From: Clostridia bacterium
Lineage (GTDB): Bacteria > Bacillota > Clostridia > UMGS1840
Direction of reading: 5' to 3'
DNA length: 64,000 bases
NCBI GenBank assembly: GCA_045541975.1
Contig: JAZQKB010000041.1
Coordinates: forward strand, 40 to 64,039
The notes under the pieces were generated by a model. That model was not told the DNA's origin and did no database searches. It worked only from the letters and a program-made list of their open reading frames with translations. This document shows, one piece after another, positions 18,279 to 30,638 of the stretch (position 1 is the first letter of the stretch; the number at the start of each line of letters is the position of its first letter). Both the position numbers and the translations under genes were made by a program.

Positions 18279-21200
18279 ATGAAGTTAATGAAAAAATCGT
18301 TCTGTCTGCTGTTAGCACTGATGATGTTGTTTAGCATCTCCATCATTGCTCATGCAGAAGAATCAACTCCTTTTAAACAGCATAATCTTCCGGGCACAAT
18401 TAATATGGCAGACTTCGACTTGGGTGGCCCTGGCGTGGGCCACTCAAGAATGAATGGTTCCACGGAAGCATGGGCGGAAGATTACCGTGACGATGCTACC
18501 TTAAACTTTTATACCAGCCCGGTTCTTCACATGGGTTCTATGCCTCCCATGTGGTATCAGTACACTGTTAACGTAACCAAACCAGGTACTTACGATGTGT
18601 ACGGTAGTGCTGCAGCAATGTACGGTGTAACCTTTGGTGTTACCGTAGACGGTGTGTTTGCAGGTGAAGGCTCTATTTCTGCCAGCGGAAACTGGTCCAA
18701 CTTCTGGAGCGGCAAAGTTGCTACCGTTGAAATGACTGCAGGTAAGCATGTCATCAGAATTGACCACACCGGTGCAGGTGCTAATATTTATGAATTACGC
18801 TTTGAATATATGGGCGAAGTTTCTAAAATCAACTTAGCTCCTACCGAAGGCCCCTACCGTTTCCACTATCTGCCCACCAGAATTCAGGCAGAAGACTTCG
18901 ACGTGGATAATTTCTACAGTGTAGATGGCGAAGGTAACGGTAGTTCCGATTACCGCAAAAAATCCGTGATGGACTTAAATGTTGACGAATATGAAGAGCT
19001 GGAAGACGACGTTTGGTATGAATACGAAAAGACTTCTCTTGCTCTGAAAAAAGGCGAATTTGTTACTTATACCGTAAACGTTGAAAACGCAGGTGCATAT
19101 GCGCTGGCAATTAATGCAATCAAAAACAGTAGCATTACCGCATATTTAGATGGCATTGAATTAGCAGTAGCAGATGTTGCCGGCTGTACCTATAGAAACA
19201 GCCAGGAAATTGCAACTGTATGGGTTCCCGAAGGCGAACATCAGTTGAAAATTTTCTGTCATGACAAATCCGCAGAAATCGATTTCATCAATTTCTTAGA
19301 AACTGATGAACCCAGCTACAAACTGGACGATTTCAAACAGGATACCGAAGAAGAAACTGAGGAAGTTAAACTTCTGGCAAATGTTTATAAAGACATTTAT
19401 GTTGCTCCCAACGGAAGCGACGAAAATGACGGTTCCAAAGCAGCTCCCTTTGCTACCTGGCAGAGAGCAAACGAAGAAGTGCAGAAATACAATGCTGAAA
19501 TGACCGGCGATATCGTGGTTCATTTTGCAGGCGGTAACTATCCCGTGAAAGAAATGATGACCATGGACGAAAAAATCAGCGGTAAAAACGGCTATAAAGT
19601 AATTTACAAAGGCGACGAGCTGTTAAATCCCCCGGTATTCAACGGTGGTACCCAGATTACCGGCTGGCAGCCTCAGGAAGGCTCTCCCATTTGGGTTGCA
19701 GATGCAAGCCATGTGGAAGATACCAGAAATATGTATGTAAACGAATTTCCGGCAGTTTTGGCAAAGAGCCGTTACCGTTACACAGCTTCCGAATTATATA
19801 AAATTGAAGGAAGCAAATACGATTCCGACGGTTTAGTAGTTCCTTTAACCAACTTCCCGAAAAAGCTGACTCATCCGGAAGATATGATGATTGTTTGGCC
19901 CATTCTTTGGACCACCTCCAGAACCCCGGTTGAGACTGCGTTTTATAGCGATACCGCAGTTACCTTTAAAATGACTCAGCCTACATGGACTTGTGCTACC
20001 AGCTTAGGTGGAATGGGCCATCTGGATGTTGACCCGTCTGATGCATTCTACCTGGAAAATGCAATTGAATTGCTGGACGAACCTGGTGAATTTTTCTTTG
20101 ATAAATATGCAAAGAAAATTTACTACTATCCCTATCAGGAAGAAGATATGACCACTGCAGACGTTTGGGTTTCCACTACCGAAAAACTGCTCAATATGTC
20201 CGGTAGCTCCTTGCAGAGTAAGGTACAGAACGTGGAATTTAATAACTTAAGATTCCAGTATGGCGCATGGAATGAAATTTCCAAAACCGGTATGAAGGAA
20301 AACCAGACTGACCAATATCTGATCGCAAGCACCAACGATGCAATCTGGCACAAGGAAATTATGAAACCTGCACAGGTTACCATCGAAGCTGCACAGTATA
20401 TTGACATTAAAAACTGCGAATTTGTAAACTTAGGTTCCAACTGTCTGAACATGACCAACGGTGTTTTAAATTCCAACGTAGTTGGTAACTTATTCAGAGA
20501 CAGCGCTGCAACCGGTCTGGTTGTTGGTAACTGGAACCATAAGGTTGAGCTTAACGACGATCAGGAAAGATGTGAATACATCACCGTTTCCAACAACTTA
20601 TTCCACCGTGTGGCATATGAACATTGTGGATCTGCTGCATTGGCAGTTTACTATCCGGCACACACCGTGATTGAACATAATGACGTTCGTGACGTTCCCT
20701 ACACCGGTATCTCCGTTGGTTGGGGTTGGGGTGCTTGGAACCCGCCGGAAGTAAGAGATATTCACGTGTTATCCAACTACGTGGAAAACGTTACTTCTCA
20801 GAACTTTGACGGTGCCCATATCTACACCTTGGGCAGAATGGAAGAATCCACCATTAAATACAATCACTTAGTGGATTCCGGCGATACCCGTGGCGGTATT
20901 TACTTGGACGAAGCTAGTGCAGCGATTACTGTTGAAGAAAACGTTGTTCAGCGTGCAGCAAACCCCATCTTTGCACGTGCCGGCGCAATCATCAGAGATA
21001 TTTACGCAAACAATAACTATGTTGATACCGATTACACCGGCTTCACTGCAGAAACAGAAGATTCTCACAGAAACAGAATTGATGTTACCTACCATATTTT
21101 AGATGGTAAATGGCCCGCAAGAGCACAGGAAATTATGGCTGACGCAGGCTTAGAAGACCAGTACAGCCATCTGTTAAAAGAAGCAGAATATCCCGAATGG

Positions 21201-22202
21201 AGAGTTTTTGCTTGGGAATATAACCCGGATGACTTATATCAGGTAGGCGTAATTCCGGACGTAAACCGTTGGGTATTAGGTCAGGAATATGATGATTTCT
21301 TTGAAATCAGCCATTCCAAACCCACCGTGTATGCAGGCGGTCACTTAGGTGACACCAAACCCGGTGAATGGGTATCCTTTAATGTTCACGTTGAAGATGA
21401 AGGCAACTACAAACTGTCTATCCGTGGTTCCGATGGTTGGACCGGCGGTGAAGAATGTACTGCAAAGCTGACTCTGGATGATGAAGTTATCGCAGATGGC
21501 TTTGTTATCAAACGTGGCGGTTGGGATTTGAAAAACTTTGAAGTTGGCAATGTATACTTAACCAAAGGCGACCACGTCTTCAAAATGGAAGTTCAGGGTA
21601 ATGACTGGATGGTCGGCGGCTTCATCTTTGATAGCGGTAAGCTGTTACCCGATGATCCCAATTATGATGAAGGTATGCTGGTAGACCAGGCAACCTTCGT
21701 GGAACGCTTCTCCGAAGGCTTCCAGGATATTGATGATCACTGGGCATACTACAACATTCTTGACATGACTGATGCAGGCTACATCAAAGGATACGACGCA
21801 AAAACCTTTGGTCCCGATGATGCAGTTACCTTACATCAGGCTTGTATGTTAACCTTAAGAGTTATGAACGACACTTCTGATGACACCAACTGGAAAGAAC
21901 AGGCTGCCCAACAGGGTATGCTCAAATCCGTAAACGAAGCGGATGCTCCTGTTTCCAGAGAACGTTTCATCGACATCCTGATGAAAGCATACAAACAGGT
22001 TGTTGGCAACTATACCATCGTGGTTGACAAAGAATACTGCTCTGATGCCAATGCAATTGCTGATCAGTACCGCAATGCTATCTACGGTGCAATTGATCAG
22101 GAACTGATTGAAGGCTATGAAGACGGCACCTTCCGTCCGCAGAATACCTTAACCAGAGCAGAAGCAACTACCGTATTATATCGTTTTACCGATAAATTCT
22201 AA
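18279..22202 (+). CDS. Secreted SLH-anchored GH141-like enzyme: 2x CBM6/35-like, beta-helix, CBM, 3x SLH
   Basis: Signal peptide; IQAEDFD and YTVNV..G.Y CBM motifs; YVAPNGSD..DGS..PFAT, YTGISVGWGWG, DGAHIYTLG, GGIYLDE beta-helix motifs as in GH141; FQDIDDHWAY...FRPQNTLTRAEA SLH repeats. Confidence 0.8.
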   Translation: MKLMKKSFCLLLALMMLFSISIIAHAEESTPFKQHNLPGTINMADFDLGGPGVGHSRMNGSTEAWAEDYRDDATLNFYTSPVLHMGSMPPMWYQYTVNVTKPGTYDVYGSAAAMYGVTFGVTVDGVFAGEGSISASGNWSNFWSGKVATVEMTAGKHVIRIDHTGAGANIYELRFEYMGEVSKINLAPTEGPYRFHYLPTRIQAEDFDVDNFYSVDGEGNGSSDYRKKSVMDLNVDEYEELEDDVWYEYEKTSLALKKGEFVTYTVNVENAGAYALAINAIKNSSITAYLDGIELAVADVAGCTYRNSQEIATVWVPEGEHQLKIFCHDKSAEIDFINFLETDEPSYKLDDFKQDTEEETEEVKLLANVYKDIYVAPNGSDENDGSKAAPFATWQRANEEVQKYNAEMTGDIVVHFAGGNYPVKEMMTMDEKISGKNGYKVIYKGDELLNPPVFNGGTQITGWQPQEGSPIWVADASHVEDTRNMYVNEFPAVLAKSRYRYTASELYKIEGSKYDSDGLVVPLTNFPKKLTHPEDMMIVWPILWTTSRTPVETAFYSDTAVTFKMTQPTWTCATSLGGMGHLDVDPSDAFYLENAIELLDEPGEFFFDKYAKKIYYYPYQEEDMTTADVWVSTTEKLLNMSGSSLQSKVQNVEFNNLRFQYGAWNEISKTGMKENQTDQYLIASTNDAIWHKEIMKPAQVTIEAAQYIDIKNCEFVNLGSNCLNMTNGVLNSNVVGNLFRDSAATGLVVGNWNHKVELNDDQERCEYITVSNNLFHRVAYEHCGSAALAVYYPAHTVIEHNDVRDVPYTGISVGWGWGAWNPPEVRDIHVLSNYVENVTSQNFDGAHIYTLGRMEESTIKYNHLVDSGDTRGGIYLDEASAAITVEENVVQRAANPIFARAGAIIRDIYANNNYVDTDYTGFTAETEDSHRNRIDVTYHILDGKWPARAQEIMADAGLEDQYSHLLKEAEYPEWRVFAWEYNPDDLYQVGVIPDVNRWVLGQEYDDFFEISHSKPTVYAGGHLGDTKPGEWVSFNVHVEDEGNYKLSIRGSDGWTGGEECTAKLTLDDEVIADGFVIKRGGWDLKNFEVGNVYLTKGDHVFKMEVQGNDWMVGGFIFDSGKLLPDDPNYDEGMLVDQATFVERFSEGFQDIDDHWAYYNILDMTDAGYIKGYDAKTFGPDDAVTLHQACMLTLRVMNDTSDDTNWKEQAAQQGMLKSVNEADAPVSRERFIDILMKAYKQVVGNYTIVVDKEYCSDANAIADQYRNAIYGAIDQELIEGYEDGTFRPQNTLTRAEATTVLYRFTDKF

Positions 22203-22228
22203 TTTATAGTTCCAATTATTTTAGGGCT

Positions 22229-22309
22229 ATCGTAAGAATGAAAATCTCTCCTGTCTTCGGGGTTTCGGAGGCAGGAGAGTCTCACAGCAAGTTTATACAC
22301 CCTTACGAT
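22229..22309 (+). other. Nested intergenic stem-loop without U-tract
   Basis: Outer ATCGTAAG/CTTACGAT (22229-36/22302-09); inner CTCTCCTGTCTTCG/CGGAGGCAGGAGAG (22246-59/22266-79). Confidence 0.7.
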
Positions 22310-22379
22310 GTTTCCGATCTCATTTTTTATTAAAAAAAAAACAAAATAATAAAAAAATTAAGAAAGGACATCAAGTAAT

Positions 22380-25300
22380 ATGAAAAAACTTATTAGTATT
22401 TGCTTAGTACTGTGCATGCTCTTAGGTATGGTAAGCGCATTCCCGGTATCAGCAGCTCTCACCTGGCCCGGTGCATACAACGGTTTAGGTGCTGAGTACA
22501 AAAACGGCTACGTTTCCACCGTTGGAGACTATGTAGCAGCATTCAGAAAAAGCGGTGCAGACGGCACTGCAGAAGCAGGTGTAGACTATCAGGCAACCTC
22601 TTCCGATCCCTGGGGTGCCGATGGCGCATTCGTTCAGGTTGTTGGCGACTGGGCTTATTTAGAAGTTGATATGCCCTACACCGGCGTTTATGTAATGCAG
22701 ATGCATAACGCCTGGCTTGCTAGCAGTTCCGCTGTTTACCATGTAACCACTGACGAAGGCTATGCAGCTGAATTTAACATCACTAACACCGGTTGGTCTT
22801 CCGGTTGCGGTCAGGACCAGCCCATCTACTTAAAATCTGGTCTGAACGTGATTAAAGTTGCTCTGGTTGGCGGCGGCAATGCAATTATCGACGGTCTTGA
22901 CTTCGGTGCAATGAACGCTACCAGTGCAGAAAAATCCTTAGACTACTTACCTAACGTTAAATTAGCAGACGATTTGGTAGTGCCCACTCCGGCACCGACT
23001 CCCACTCCGAAGCCGGTTTATCCCGAAGGCTGGGATGGCGTAGTTGAAAATCATCCCGATTACAATGCAGATGCAGAAGCATTATACATTGATGCATTCA
23101 TGCCCAATATGTCTTCTGACGAAGGTATGGAACAGTTTGGTACTGACTGGAGCTATTCAGACGAAACCGGTTCTGTTCCCAACAAAGGCCAGGAAGACGG
23201 TATCTACTTTACTCCCGGCACCACCGCAACTTACACTTTAACCGTTGCAGAATCCGGCGTATATGCTGCACAGATTAAGGTTGGTAACGGTAACGGCACC
23301 ACCGCACATATGGAGTTGAAAAACACTGTAGGCGGTGTAGAATACATTGCTCGTTATGCAATCCCCAACATTGGCTCCTGGGGTGGTCTCTGGACTAACG
23401 ATGCGAATATTATGAAAGACGATTTGATTTATCTGCAGGCTGGTGCAAACGAAATTACCTTAACCAACGTTGGCGAAACTGGCGGCGTTGTATACTATGA
23501 CAGTGACTACGGTCTGTTAAACAACACTGATTTCTACATGACCTATGTTGGTACTACCGAAGATCCCGATAACACCTGGCCTGAAGGCTGGACCGGTAAC
23601 GTTCGTAACTGTGCTGACTGGACCGGTAGCTACACCTCTGCCTATGGTGGTAACAACTTAGCATTAGATTACGATTCTCTGTATATTCCCATTCCCTATA
23701 CCGAAAACGGTATCGCATTAGACGGCGTTTGGGTAAACTACACTGTAACTGCTCCCGCAGCAGGTATGTATTTAGTAACTGCAGAAGCTGCTGAAGCTTC
23801 CGGTGAACTTACCTTAACCAATCAGAATGGTGATTATGTAATCTTTGATTTGGCAGATGCTACTCCCGAATATATTTGGTTAGACGAAGGCGATAACACT
23901 ATCACTGCTACCGGTAGTGCTGAATTTGTTAGCGCAACCTTCTATCAGCTGAACAATTCTGATGACTATCTGTCTCAGAACAAAAACGTAAACGATGTTC
24001 CCGAAGTTGCAACTGATCTGACCATTAAACCTTATTCCGACAGAACCAATGACTCTGGCTTCTATCGTTGGAGCTCTTCCTACGAAGCAGTTGTTCAGTA
24101 TTCCGGTTCTTCCATGACCTACGATGTAAACTGTGCATTCCCTGGAATTTACAGAGTACAGGCAAAAATCGGTGGTACCACTGGTCCTAGCTATCCCGTT
24201 ATCACTATTGATACTGATGCAGACGAAGGGTACCGTGCAAAGCTGGCTACCAGTTATGTAGATGACTGGGGTACTTGGAGATCAACCGATGAAAACGGTG
24301 CATATCAGTATGTATACTTAAAAGAAGGCGTTAACAAGGTTGTTGTTACCGCAGGCGGCACTCACCACGTACTGTGGAGTGTTGAATTTAAACTGTTAAG
24401 CGCAGAAGAAGAAGCATCCATCACCATGGATGACTTAACTAAAACTCCTCCGTCTGACCTGGTAATCAATCCTTATACCGATTCTATCGTTGAAACCGAA
24501 AATGTGGACTATCACATGATCAATGGTCGTAACCCGGATAATAAACCCGCTTTAGGTTCTTCTATCGGTACTCAGTTGATGAGCGGAGAATGGCAGAGAT
24601 TTGAAGTAACTGCAAAAGTTGCAGGTTACTATCGTGTTGCTACCACCGCTGCAACCTACGATGCAGAAGCTACTATTGCAGTAGAAACTGACAATACCAT
24701 CGCTTCCGTTAAACACGTTACCAGCCCCGATAACTACAGAACTTTTGAAGGCGATGTAGTTTATCTGGACGAAGGCGTAAACTCCATCTGGGTACAGAAC
24801 CTCGGTGGCGGTTGGGTATACTTACAGAGAATTACTTTATCTTATGTAGACGACATGACCGATGTTACCATTAGAACCTTTGTTCAGGGTCATAACTTCA
24901 TTGGTGCATCTGCAAATCCTGCAGAAATTACAAAATATACCGTTAGAAATAACTACTACGGTCTGCACATGGGTGATACCAGCAACACCGGTGCTGATAC
25001 TGAAGTGTTATCTTACAATGTAACCATTCCTGCAGACGATTACTACGGTTTGGTTATGACTGCTACGATGCCTCTGACTCCCACTATGAAGGTTACCATG
25101 AATAACGGTACTGATGACATCGTAATCTTTGAAGGCGAACCTGCATACTTCGGTAACGAAAACGAAGCTAACAGCTTAACCTTAAATGCTGATAAAGTTT
25201 ATTTAGCAGCTGGTGACTACACCATGACCGTTTCCTACACCGAAAATCCGGATGCAGGCAGCGACTCTATGATGATGGCTCACGTTCACGGTTATGAATT

Positions 25301-25811
25301 CACCACTTTAACCCGTCAGGATATGTTCTTAGCTGCTATGCAGGCTGCAGGAACCACTGATGATATCGCGGATGCTTTAGCAGAATTTGAAGATATCATC
25401 AAGTCTGAAATTTCCTTAACTCCGGAAACTGACTTCATCTATCCTGAATATGCATACAATGCATTATTAAACTGCGCTATGCTGGAAAGCGGTTCATACG
25501 AAACCTATGATGATGTAAAAACTGCATATGACTTTGCGAAAAATATGATTGCTGTGGCAGACGACGGTACCGGTTCCTTAGTTTACACCGTTCAGGTTGG
25601 TGACTGGAACGCACAAGATACTATGGTTTTAGTTGCAGTATACGCTGGCGAGCAGTTATACATGATGGGCGAAGGCTATCTGAACTATACTGAAGCTACT
25701 GGTACTTATATTCCTGTAGAAGCTACCTTATATGACTATGTTCCTGAAGATGGGGACACTATCAAAGTATTCATCTGGGATAGCTTTGACGGATTGAGAC
25801 CCGTATTCTAA
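22380..25811 (+). CDS. Secreted non-catalytic protein with about six tandem CBM-like beta-sandwiches, a helical module and a C-terminal beta domain
   Basis: Signal peptide; six recurrences of G.Y...(I/V)YL..G.N.(I/V) motifs; PT linker; no recognisable catalytic, SLH, LPxTG or dockerin motif; ends IKVFIWDSFDGLRPVF. Confidence 0.7.
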   Translation: MKKLISICLVLCMLLGMVSAFPVSAALTWPGAYNGLGAEYKNGYVSTVGDYVAAFRKSGADGTAEAGVDYQATSSDPWGADGAFVQVVGDWAYLEVDMPYTGVYVMQMHNAWLASSSAVYHVTTDEGYAAEFNITNTGWSSGCGQDQPIYLKSGLNVIKVALVGGGNAIIDGLDFGAMNATSAEKSLDYLPNVKLADDLVVPTPAPTPTPKPVYPEGWDGVVENHPDYNADAEALYIDAFMPNMSSDEGMEQFGTDWSYSDETGSVPNKGQEDGIYFTPGTTATYTLTVAESGVYAAQIKVGNGNGTTAHMELKNTVGGVEYIARYAIPNIGSWGGLWTNDANIMKDDLIYLQAGANEITLTNVGETGGVVYYDSDYGLLNNTDFYMTYVGTTEDPDNTWPEGWTGNVRNCADWTGSYTSAYGGNNLALDYDSLYIPIPYTENGIALDGVWVNYTVTAPAAGMYLVTAEAAEASGELTLTNQNGDYVIFDLADATPEYIWLDEGDNTITATGSAEFVSATFYQLNNSDDYLSQNKNVNDVPEVATDLTIKPYSDRTNDSGFYRWSSSYEAVVQYSGSSMTYDVNCAFPGIYRVQAKIGGTTGPSYPVITIDTDADEGYRAKLATSYVDDWGTWRSTDENGAYQYVYLKEGVNKVVVTAGGTHHVLWSVEFKLLSAEEEASITMDDLTKTPPSDLVINPYTDSIVETENVDYHMINGRNPDNKPALGSSIGTQLMSGEWQRFEVTAKVAGYYRVATTAATYDAEATIAVETDNTIASVKHVTSPDNYRTFEGDVVYLDEGVNSIWVQNLGGGWVYLQRITLSYVDDMTDVTIRTFVQGHNFIGASANPAEITKYTVRNNYYGLHMGDTSNTGADTEVLSYNVTIPADDYYGLVMTATMPLTPTMKVTMNNGTDDIVIFEGEPAYFGNENEANSLTLNADKVYLAAGDYTMTVSYTENPDAGSDSMMMAHVHGYEFTTLTRQDMFLAAMQAAGTTDDIADALAEFEDIIKSEISLTPETDFIYPEYAYNALLNCAMLESGSYETYDDVKTAYDFAKNMIAVADDGTGSLVYTVQVGDWNAQDTMVLVAVYAGEQLYMMGEGYLNYTEATGTYIPVEATLYDYVPEDGDTIKVFIWDSFDGLRPVF

Positions 25812-25834
25812 AAAATGTTTTAAACAAAAGGACT

Positions 25835-25931
25835 TTGGCAGGAGCGATATGCTCCTGCCAACCCTGATGTTTTCTCGTAACTCTATTGAGGAAACATTCT
25901 GCAGGCGAATGGGTTTGCAGAATGCTTCCTC
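25835..25931 (+). other. Two intergenic stem-loops without U-tracts
   Basis: TTGGCAGGAGC/GCTCCTGCCAA (11 bp perfect); GAGGAA-A-CATTCTGCA/TGCAGAATG-C-TTCCTC. Confidence 0.7.
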
Positions 25932-25985
25932 TGTAGAATTGCGGCATCTTAGTTAAAAAAATCTCAAAGAGAGGTAATTAAAAAA

Positions 25986-28900
25986 ATGAAAAAACTGTTG
26001 TCTGCAATTCTTGTTATTGCAATGCTATGCAGTATGTTGGCGAGCTTTACTGCCTTCGCCTACACCGAAATTCATATTCTTGCAACCGATTTCAGCTTGA
26101 CAAGCGGAGAATATAAAGATAATTCTCCCAATAGTTTCGATAATACCACGTACTTAACAAAATACTTCCCCGTGGAAGTATACAGCGGAAACTATGGTAC
26201 TTTTGTGGAAATGCTGAATGGCGAATGGCTGACTTACCGTGTGAATGTGGAGCATGCAGGAACCTATACCCTGGCACTTGACGCAGGAACCTCCAGTCAA
26301 ACTTCTGCTACTGTTACTGTAAACGGTACAGAATACAGCATCAGCTTACCTTCCACCTCCGGTGTGCTGGAATTCACCGAAATGAACAATCTAGCAAGTT
26401 TTCCCTTACACGAAGGTGTGAATGAAATTATTTTAGAAAACTCCGGCAGATACTATTTTAACTACCGTGAGCTGATTTTATCTTCCTCCGTAGGCCCCAA
26501 TACTGAAGCTGACTACGAAGAAGAAGAGGGCATTATCTGGTGGGGAAATGCCAGATGGGAAACCGGCTACAATGGCTACTACGGTGATTTTTCCGCAACC
26601 GATTTTACCGGTGACTATTCCGGTACCGTTGGTTCCGGCACCTTTACCATGGAACCCGGTGACTTCGCAACCTACACCTACAATGCACCCTACACCGGCG
26701 TGTATGCAATGCAGATTCAAGTTTCCTCATTACCGGAAGGAACTGCTGCAATCCGTGCCGTATCCGGTGACTACTATGCAGAATTCTTTATGGCATATCC
26801 CGGTTGGTCCAACAGTAACGATAACCTACAGGATCAGCCCATGTATTTTACTAAAGGCGCAAACACCGTTGTGGTAACCAATGTTGGTGATGCTACGGTA
26901 ACCGTGAGTGCCTATGACTTTGGTCGTCTGGATGCCACTGGCAGCAATTCTCTGGATTTTCTGCCTCTGGTGAGAAAAGTAGCAGATATGCCGGCAGAAG
27001 GAGCAACCCCTACCTTCTGTCCTACTCCGACTCCTACGCCCTCTCCGGTTGCAACTGCAACTCCTACGGTAGCGCCAACCGCAACTCCTACTGTAGCGCC
27101 AACCGCTACTCCTACGGTAGCGCCGACCACGAAACCCACCGCAACCCCGACGGCAACACCCACACCCACTCCCACACCCACTCCTACTCCTACTGTGGAA
27201 CCAACTGCAACTCCGACAGCAACACCTACCCAGGTAACTACCTGGATCGGTAACGTAAAACAGGAGCCTGCATTTAACGGTTACAGCGGGGAAGTGGCTG
27301 CAACCAGCTTCAGCGGTGAATATTATGCACAGGCTGACCATATCAGCGGTGATAATTTCACCATGTCCAACGGCGAATGGGGAACCTACACCTTCAATGC
27401 TCCCTATACCGGCGTCTACGGTGTTCAGCTGAGAGTTAATTCCATCAGCGGTAAAACCACCGTCCGTATGATTTCAGGCGATTATTATGCTGATTTCCCG
27501 CTTTCCGTCACTGGTTGGACCAATCAGAGCGGTGTGCTTGTTGACCAGCCCATGTATTTCACCGAAGGGGCAAACACCTTTACCTTAAAAAATATCGGAG
27601 CAAATGAGGTAACCTTATCTGATTTGGATTACGGCTACTTAAATGCCACAGGATATGACTCTATGTCTTATATGAGTTTTGTGAAATCGGTATCTTCTAT
27701 GCCGGCAGAACCTGTGTATACTCCGACTCCGACTGCAACTCCAACTCCTACCGCTACTCCGACTCCCACTCCTCCCTCTGTAAACCCCGATGTGTCCGAC
27801 AGAGTGATGAGAACGGTTTACGAAGCAGAAAGTTATACTTCCGGTACCCTCACAAAAACTACTTATGACAGTGTTTCTGTTGGAAAAGCTACCAACACCT
27901 CCACTGCAACCTACACGGTAACCGTGGAAGAGGACACCATTTACAACTTATATATGAAAGGCGCTGCCTGGAAGGATGTATCCTACGATATTTCCATTGA
28001 CGGAACCGTATATTATTACGAAACTTCCCATTTCCACAGCGACCGTTCCTCTACCTATGCCTACAATGAAGAATGTGTGGTTTCCTTCCCCTTATCCAAA
28101 GGAACTCACACCCTTGGCTTCACCTTCTACTGTGACGAATTTTATTTTGATTCCTTCACCTTAGAAGATACCTATTCCAAGCAGTATCAGATTCTGTACG
28201 GATTAAAAGATATTGCAACCTCTCAGGGAATTTACGAAGCATTGCTTGCCTCCGGTGACTACATCTATGTGGATGTGGCAGCCGATACAGAAAGCCTGGC
28301 ATATCCGCCCATGTCTTTCTGGGGAATGGTTGGCAAAGATTACGAAACTCCCGCTGAATTAACAGCACTTTACGAAGCTGTGTTGGAAGAGGAGCTTGAA
28401 AATCCCACCGTTAGAATCAGAAATGCTTCCAATGTGGCGGTAACTACCTTACCGGAAGGCAAATCTACTGTAACGGTAAACTGTGCAAAAATCCCTACCA
28501 ATATTACTTTGATCTGTGCCATTTATAATAATGGTAAATTAACCCAGATTCCGCAGACGGCACAGAGCAATTCTTCCTCTGTTTCCTTTAGCTTAGCTGA
28601 TGTAGAAGCAGGAAGCAACTTAAAAATCTTAGCAATTGCCAATATGGAAGAAGTAACACCGTATACTTCCTCCGGTACCTATATGGACTTCTATGTAGCA
28701 ACTACCGGCAAATCTACCAATGACGGATTAACTCCCGATACTCCTGTTGCCACTCTGGCACAGGCGCTGACCAAAGTGAAAGCTGTCAATTCCGAAATGA
28801 GCGGTGACATTATTGTTCACGTAGCACCTGGTGTATACCGCAGTAATGTAACCATTGAAATTGACCAGACCATGAGCGGTATGAACGGCTATAAAGTCAT

Positions 28901-30560
28901 CATTCAGGGTGACGATCCAGACAACCGCCCTGTATTCTCCGGTGGAGAACCCTTAACCGGCAAATGGTCCAAGGTTTCCGGCGAAAACTATTGGGTAGCT
29001 ACTACCTCCACCCGTGAAACCAGAGCGTTGTATGTTGGTGGCTACCAGGCGGTGCTGGCAAGAAGCTCCGGCACTTATGACGGCTCTTACATTACGCCTT
29101 CTTCTCCGAAAAATGATTATCATATCGCAGACGGTCTGAAGGTAAGCAGATCCAGCTATCCCGATTTCCCCACAGGCTTAGAAGGGGAAACCAGAATGCA
29201 GATGGTGTATAACTTAGCTTGGGCAAATCAGCGTTTCCCCATTGACAGTGTTACCTACGATTCCAGCTATGCTTATATCAATGCAACCTATCCCTACTAT
29301 AACGCATTCTTGGGAAGTGGACACACTTCCACTGTTATGCCTACAGAGGGAAGAGATTTCTACTTAGAAAACGCCATGGCGCTTTTAGATCAGCCCGGCG
29401 AATTCTATTTTGATAAAGCGAACCGCAAAATGTATTACTATCCTTATTCCAATGAGGATATGACTACCATTGAAAGCTACTGTGCAGTAACCGACGGTCT
29501 GCTGACCATTCAGGGAACTTCCACTACCAACCCTGTGCAAAATTTTGAATTTCGCGATATTTCCTTCCGCTATGGTGCCTGGGATGATGCCACCACCTAC
29601 GGTGCAGCATACAATCAGGCAGACGAGCTCCGTCGTGGCACGGAAACCGGATTCAGTCAGAATCTGATGCCGGCGCAGATTATGGTAAGTTATGCAGATG
29701 CTTTAGTGTTTGACGGCTGTGAATTTGCTTGCCTTGGCTCCAGCGCTATGTATATGACTGAAGGAGTTGTAAATTCCAAAGTGGTAAACTGTGATTTCCA
29801 CGATATTTCCGGCGGTGGCGTTTCGGTTTCCAACTACCTGCACAACAGTAACTACAGTGGCGGTATCCGTTGTAAAAACATTGAAATCGGTAACAACATT
29901 TTCCGCCGTGTGGCTCAGGAATTTATGAACTTGCCTGCCATTGCGGTATACTATGTGGATTCTGCGAACGTTCATCACAACGATATCAAGCATCTGCCCT
30001 ATACCGGGATTTCCATCGGTTGGGGTTGGGGTTACTATGAACCCACCGATGTTGGTAATCACATTGTTTCTTACAATAAAATCACCGAAGTCTGCCAGGT
30101 GTTAGACGACGGTGCGCAGATTTACACCTTAAGTGACCAGGAAAATATGCACTTAAACGATAACTACTTAATTGATCCGGGTAACTACCGCCGTGGCGGT
30201 GTGTACTTTGACGAAGCAACTGGTTACATTTCCATGTGTGACAATGTTGTGGAAGGCGCAAACGATTCCGGTGACTTCTGGCTCTTTGCAAGAAAATACG
30301 TAAACTTAAATGACAACTATGTAGCGTATAACTACACCGACGGTGGTAACCCCAAATCTTTCGCCACCTTCCCCTTAGATACCTCCGGTGTAACCTACGC
30401 AACCAACTATATCAATCAGACATCCTGGAACACGACAGCACAGAGAATTATGGCAGAAGCAGGATTAGAAGACAAAGAAAGAGTTGCCAATGTGGATTAT
30501 TATCCCTCCTGGCGTACCCTTCCCATGTTTAACCTTCCCGCAGATGCAATCATTGACTAG
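25986..30560 (+). CDS. Secreted multimodular GH141-like enzyme (CBM, 2x novel module A with PT linker, CBM, helical + beta module, C-terminal beta-helix)
   Basis: Signal peptide; [41 protein letters not shown]. No SLH or dockerin. Confidence 0.8.
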   Translation: MKKLLSAILVIAMLCSMLASFTAFAYTEIHILATDFSLTSGEYKDNSPNSFDNTTYLTKYFPVEVYSGNYGTFVEMLNGEWLTYRVNVEHAGTYTLALDAGTSSQTSATVTVNGTEYSISLPSTSGVLEFTEMNNLASFPLHEGVNEIILENSGRYYFNYRELILSSSVGPNTEADYEEEEGIIWWGNARWETGYNGYYGDFSATDFTGDYSGTVGSGTFTMEPGDFATYTYNAPYTGVYAMQIQVSSLPEGTAAIRAVSGDYYAEFFMAYPGWSNSNDNLQDQPMYFTKGANTVVVTNVGDATVTVSAYDFGRLDATGSNSLDFLPLVRKVADMPAEGATPTFCPTPTPTPSPVATATPTVAPTATPTVAPTATPTVAPTTKPTATPTATPTPTPTPTPTPTVEPTATPTATPTQVTTWIGNVKQEPAFNGYSGEVAATSFSGEYYAQADHISGDNFTMSNGEWGTYTFNAPYTGVYGVQLRVNSISGKTTVRMISGDYYADFPLSVTGWTNQSGVLVDQPMYFTEGANTFTLKNIGANEVTLSDLDYGYLNATGYDSMSYMSFVKSVSSMPAEPVYTPTPTATPTPTATPTPTPPSVNPDVSDRVMRTVYEAESYTSGTLTKTTYDSVSVGKATNTSTATYTVTVEEDTIYNLYMKGAAWKDVSYDISIDGTVYYYETSHFHSDRSSTYAYNEECVVSFPLSKGTHTLGFTFYCDEFYFDSFTLEDTYSKQYQILYGLKDIATSQGIYEALLASGDYIYVDVAADTESLAYPPMSFWGMVGKDYETPAELTALYEAVLEEELENPTVRIRNASNVAVTTLPEGKSTVTVNCAKIPTNITLICAIYNNGKLTQIPQTAQSNSSSVSFSLADVEAGSNLKILAIANMEEVTPYTSSGTYMDFYVATTGKSTNDGLTPDTPVATLAQALTKVKAVNSEMSGDIIVHVAPGVYRSNVTIEIDQTMSGMNGYKVIIQGDDPDNRPVFSGGEPLTGKWSKVSGENYWVATTSTRETRALYVGGYQAVLARSSGTYDGSYITPSSPKNDYHIADGLKVSRSSYPDFPTGLEGETRMQMVYNLAWANQRFPIDSVTYDSSYAYINATYPYYNAFLGSGHTSTVMPTEGRDFYLENAMALLDQPGEFYFDKANRKMYYYPYSNEDMTTIESYCAVTDGLLTIQGTSTTNPVQNFEFRDISFRYGAWDDATTYGAAYNQADELRRGTETGFSQNLMPAQIMVSYADALVFDGCEFACLGSSAMYMTEGVVNSKVVNCDFHDISGGGVSVSNYLHNSNYSGGIRCKNIEIGNNIFRRVAQEFMNLPAIAVYYVDSANVHHNDIKHLPYTGISIGWGWGYYEPTDVGNHIVSYNKITEVCQVLDDGAQIYTLSDQENMHLNDNYLIDPGNYRRGGVYFDEATGYISMCDNVVEGANDSGDFWLFARKYVNLNDNYVAYNYTDGGNPKSFATFPLDTSGVTYATNYINQTSWNTTAQRIMAEAGLEDKERVANVDYYPSWRTLPMFNLPADAIID
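27057..27128 (+). repeat. 3x 24-bp tandem repeat encoding ATPTVAPT, inside a Pro/Thr linker (about 27007-27230)
   Basis: gcaactcctacggtagcgccaacc / gcaactcctactgtagcgccaacc / gctactcctacggtagcgccgacc. Confidence 0.85.
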
Positions 30561-30638
30561 TACAGAATCCGGCTGGACCTGCTAATCTTTTGTCCGGCTT
30601 ACAAATACAAACAGAAATGTTTGAAGGAGGATTTTCCA

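Noticed and set aside
30558-30638. The two GH141-like ORFs are in the same frame, separated by one TAG and stop-free codons, suggesting a ~3,090-aa read-through fusion
   Set aside because: The second gene has its own AAGGAGG RBS, TTG start and signal peptide, and both genes end in the same homologous tail. In-frame spacing of this length is plausible by chance.
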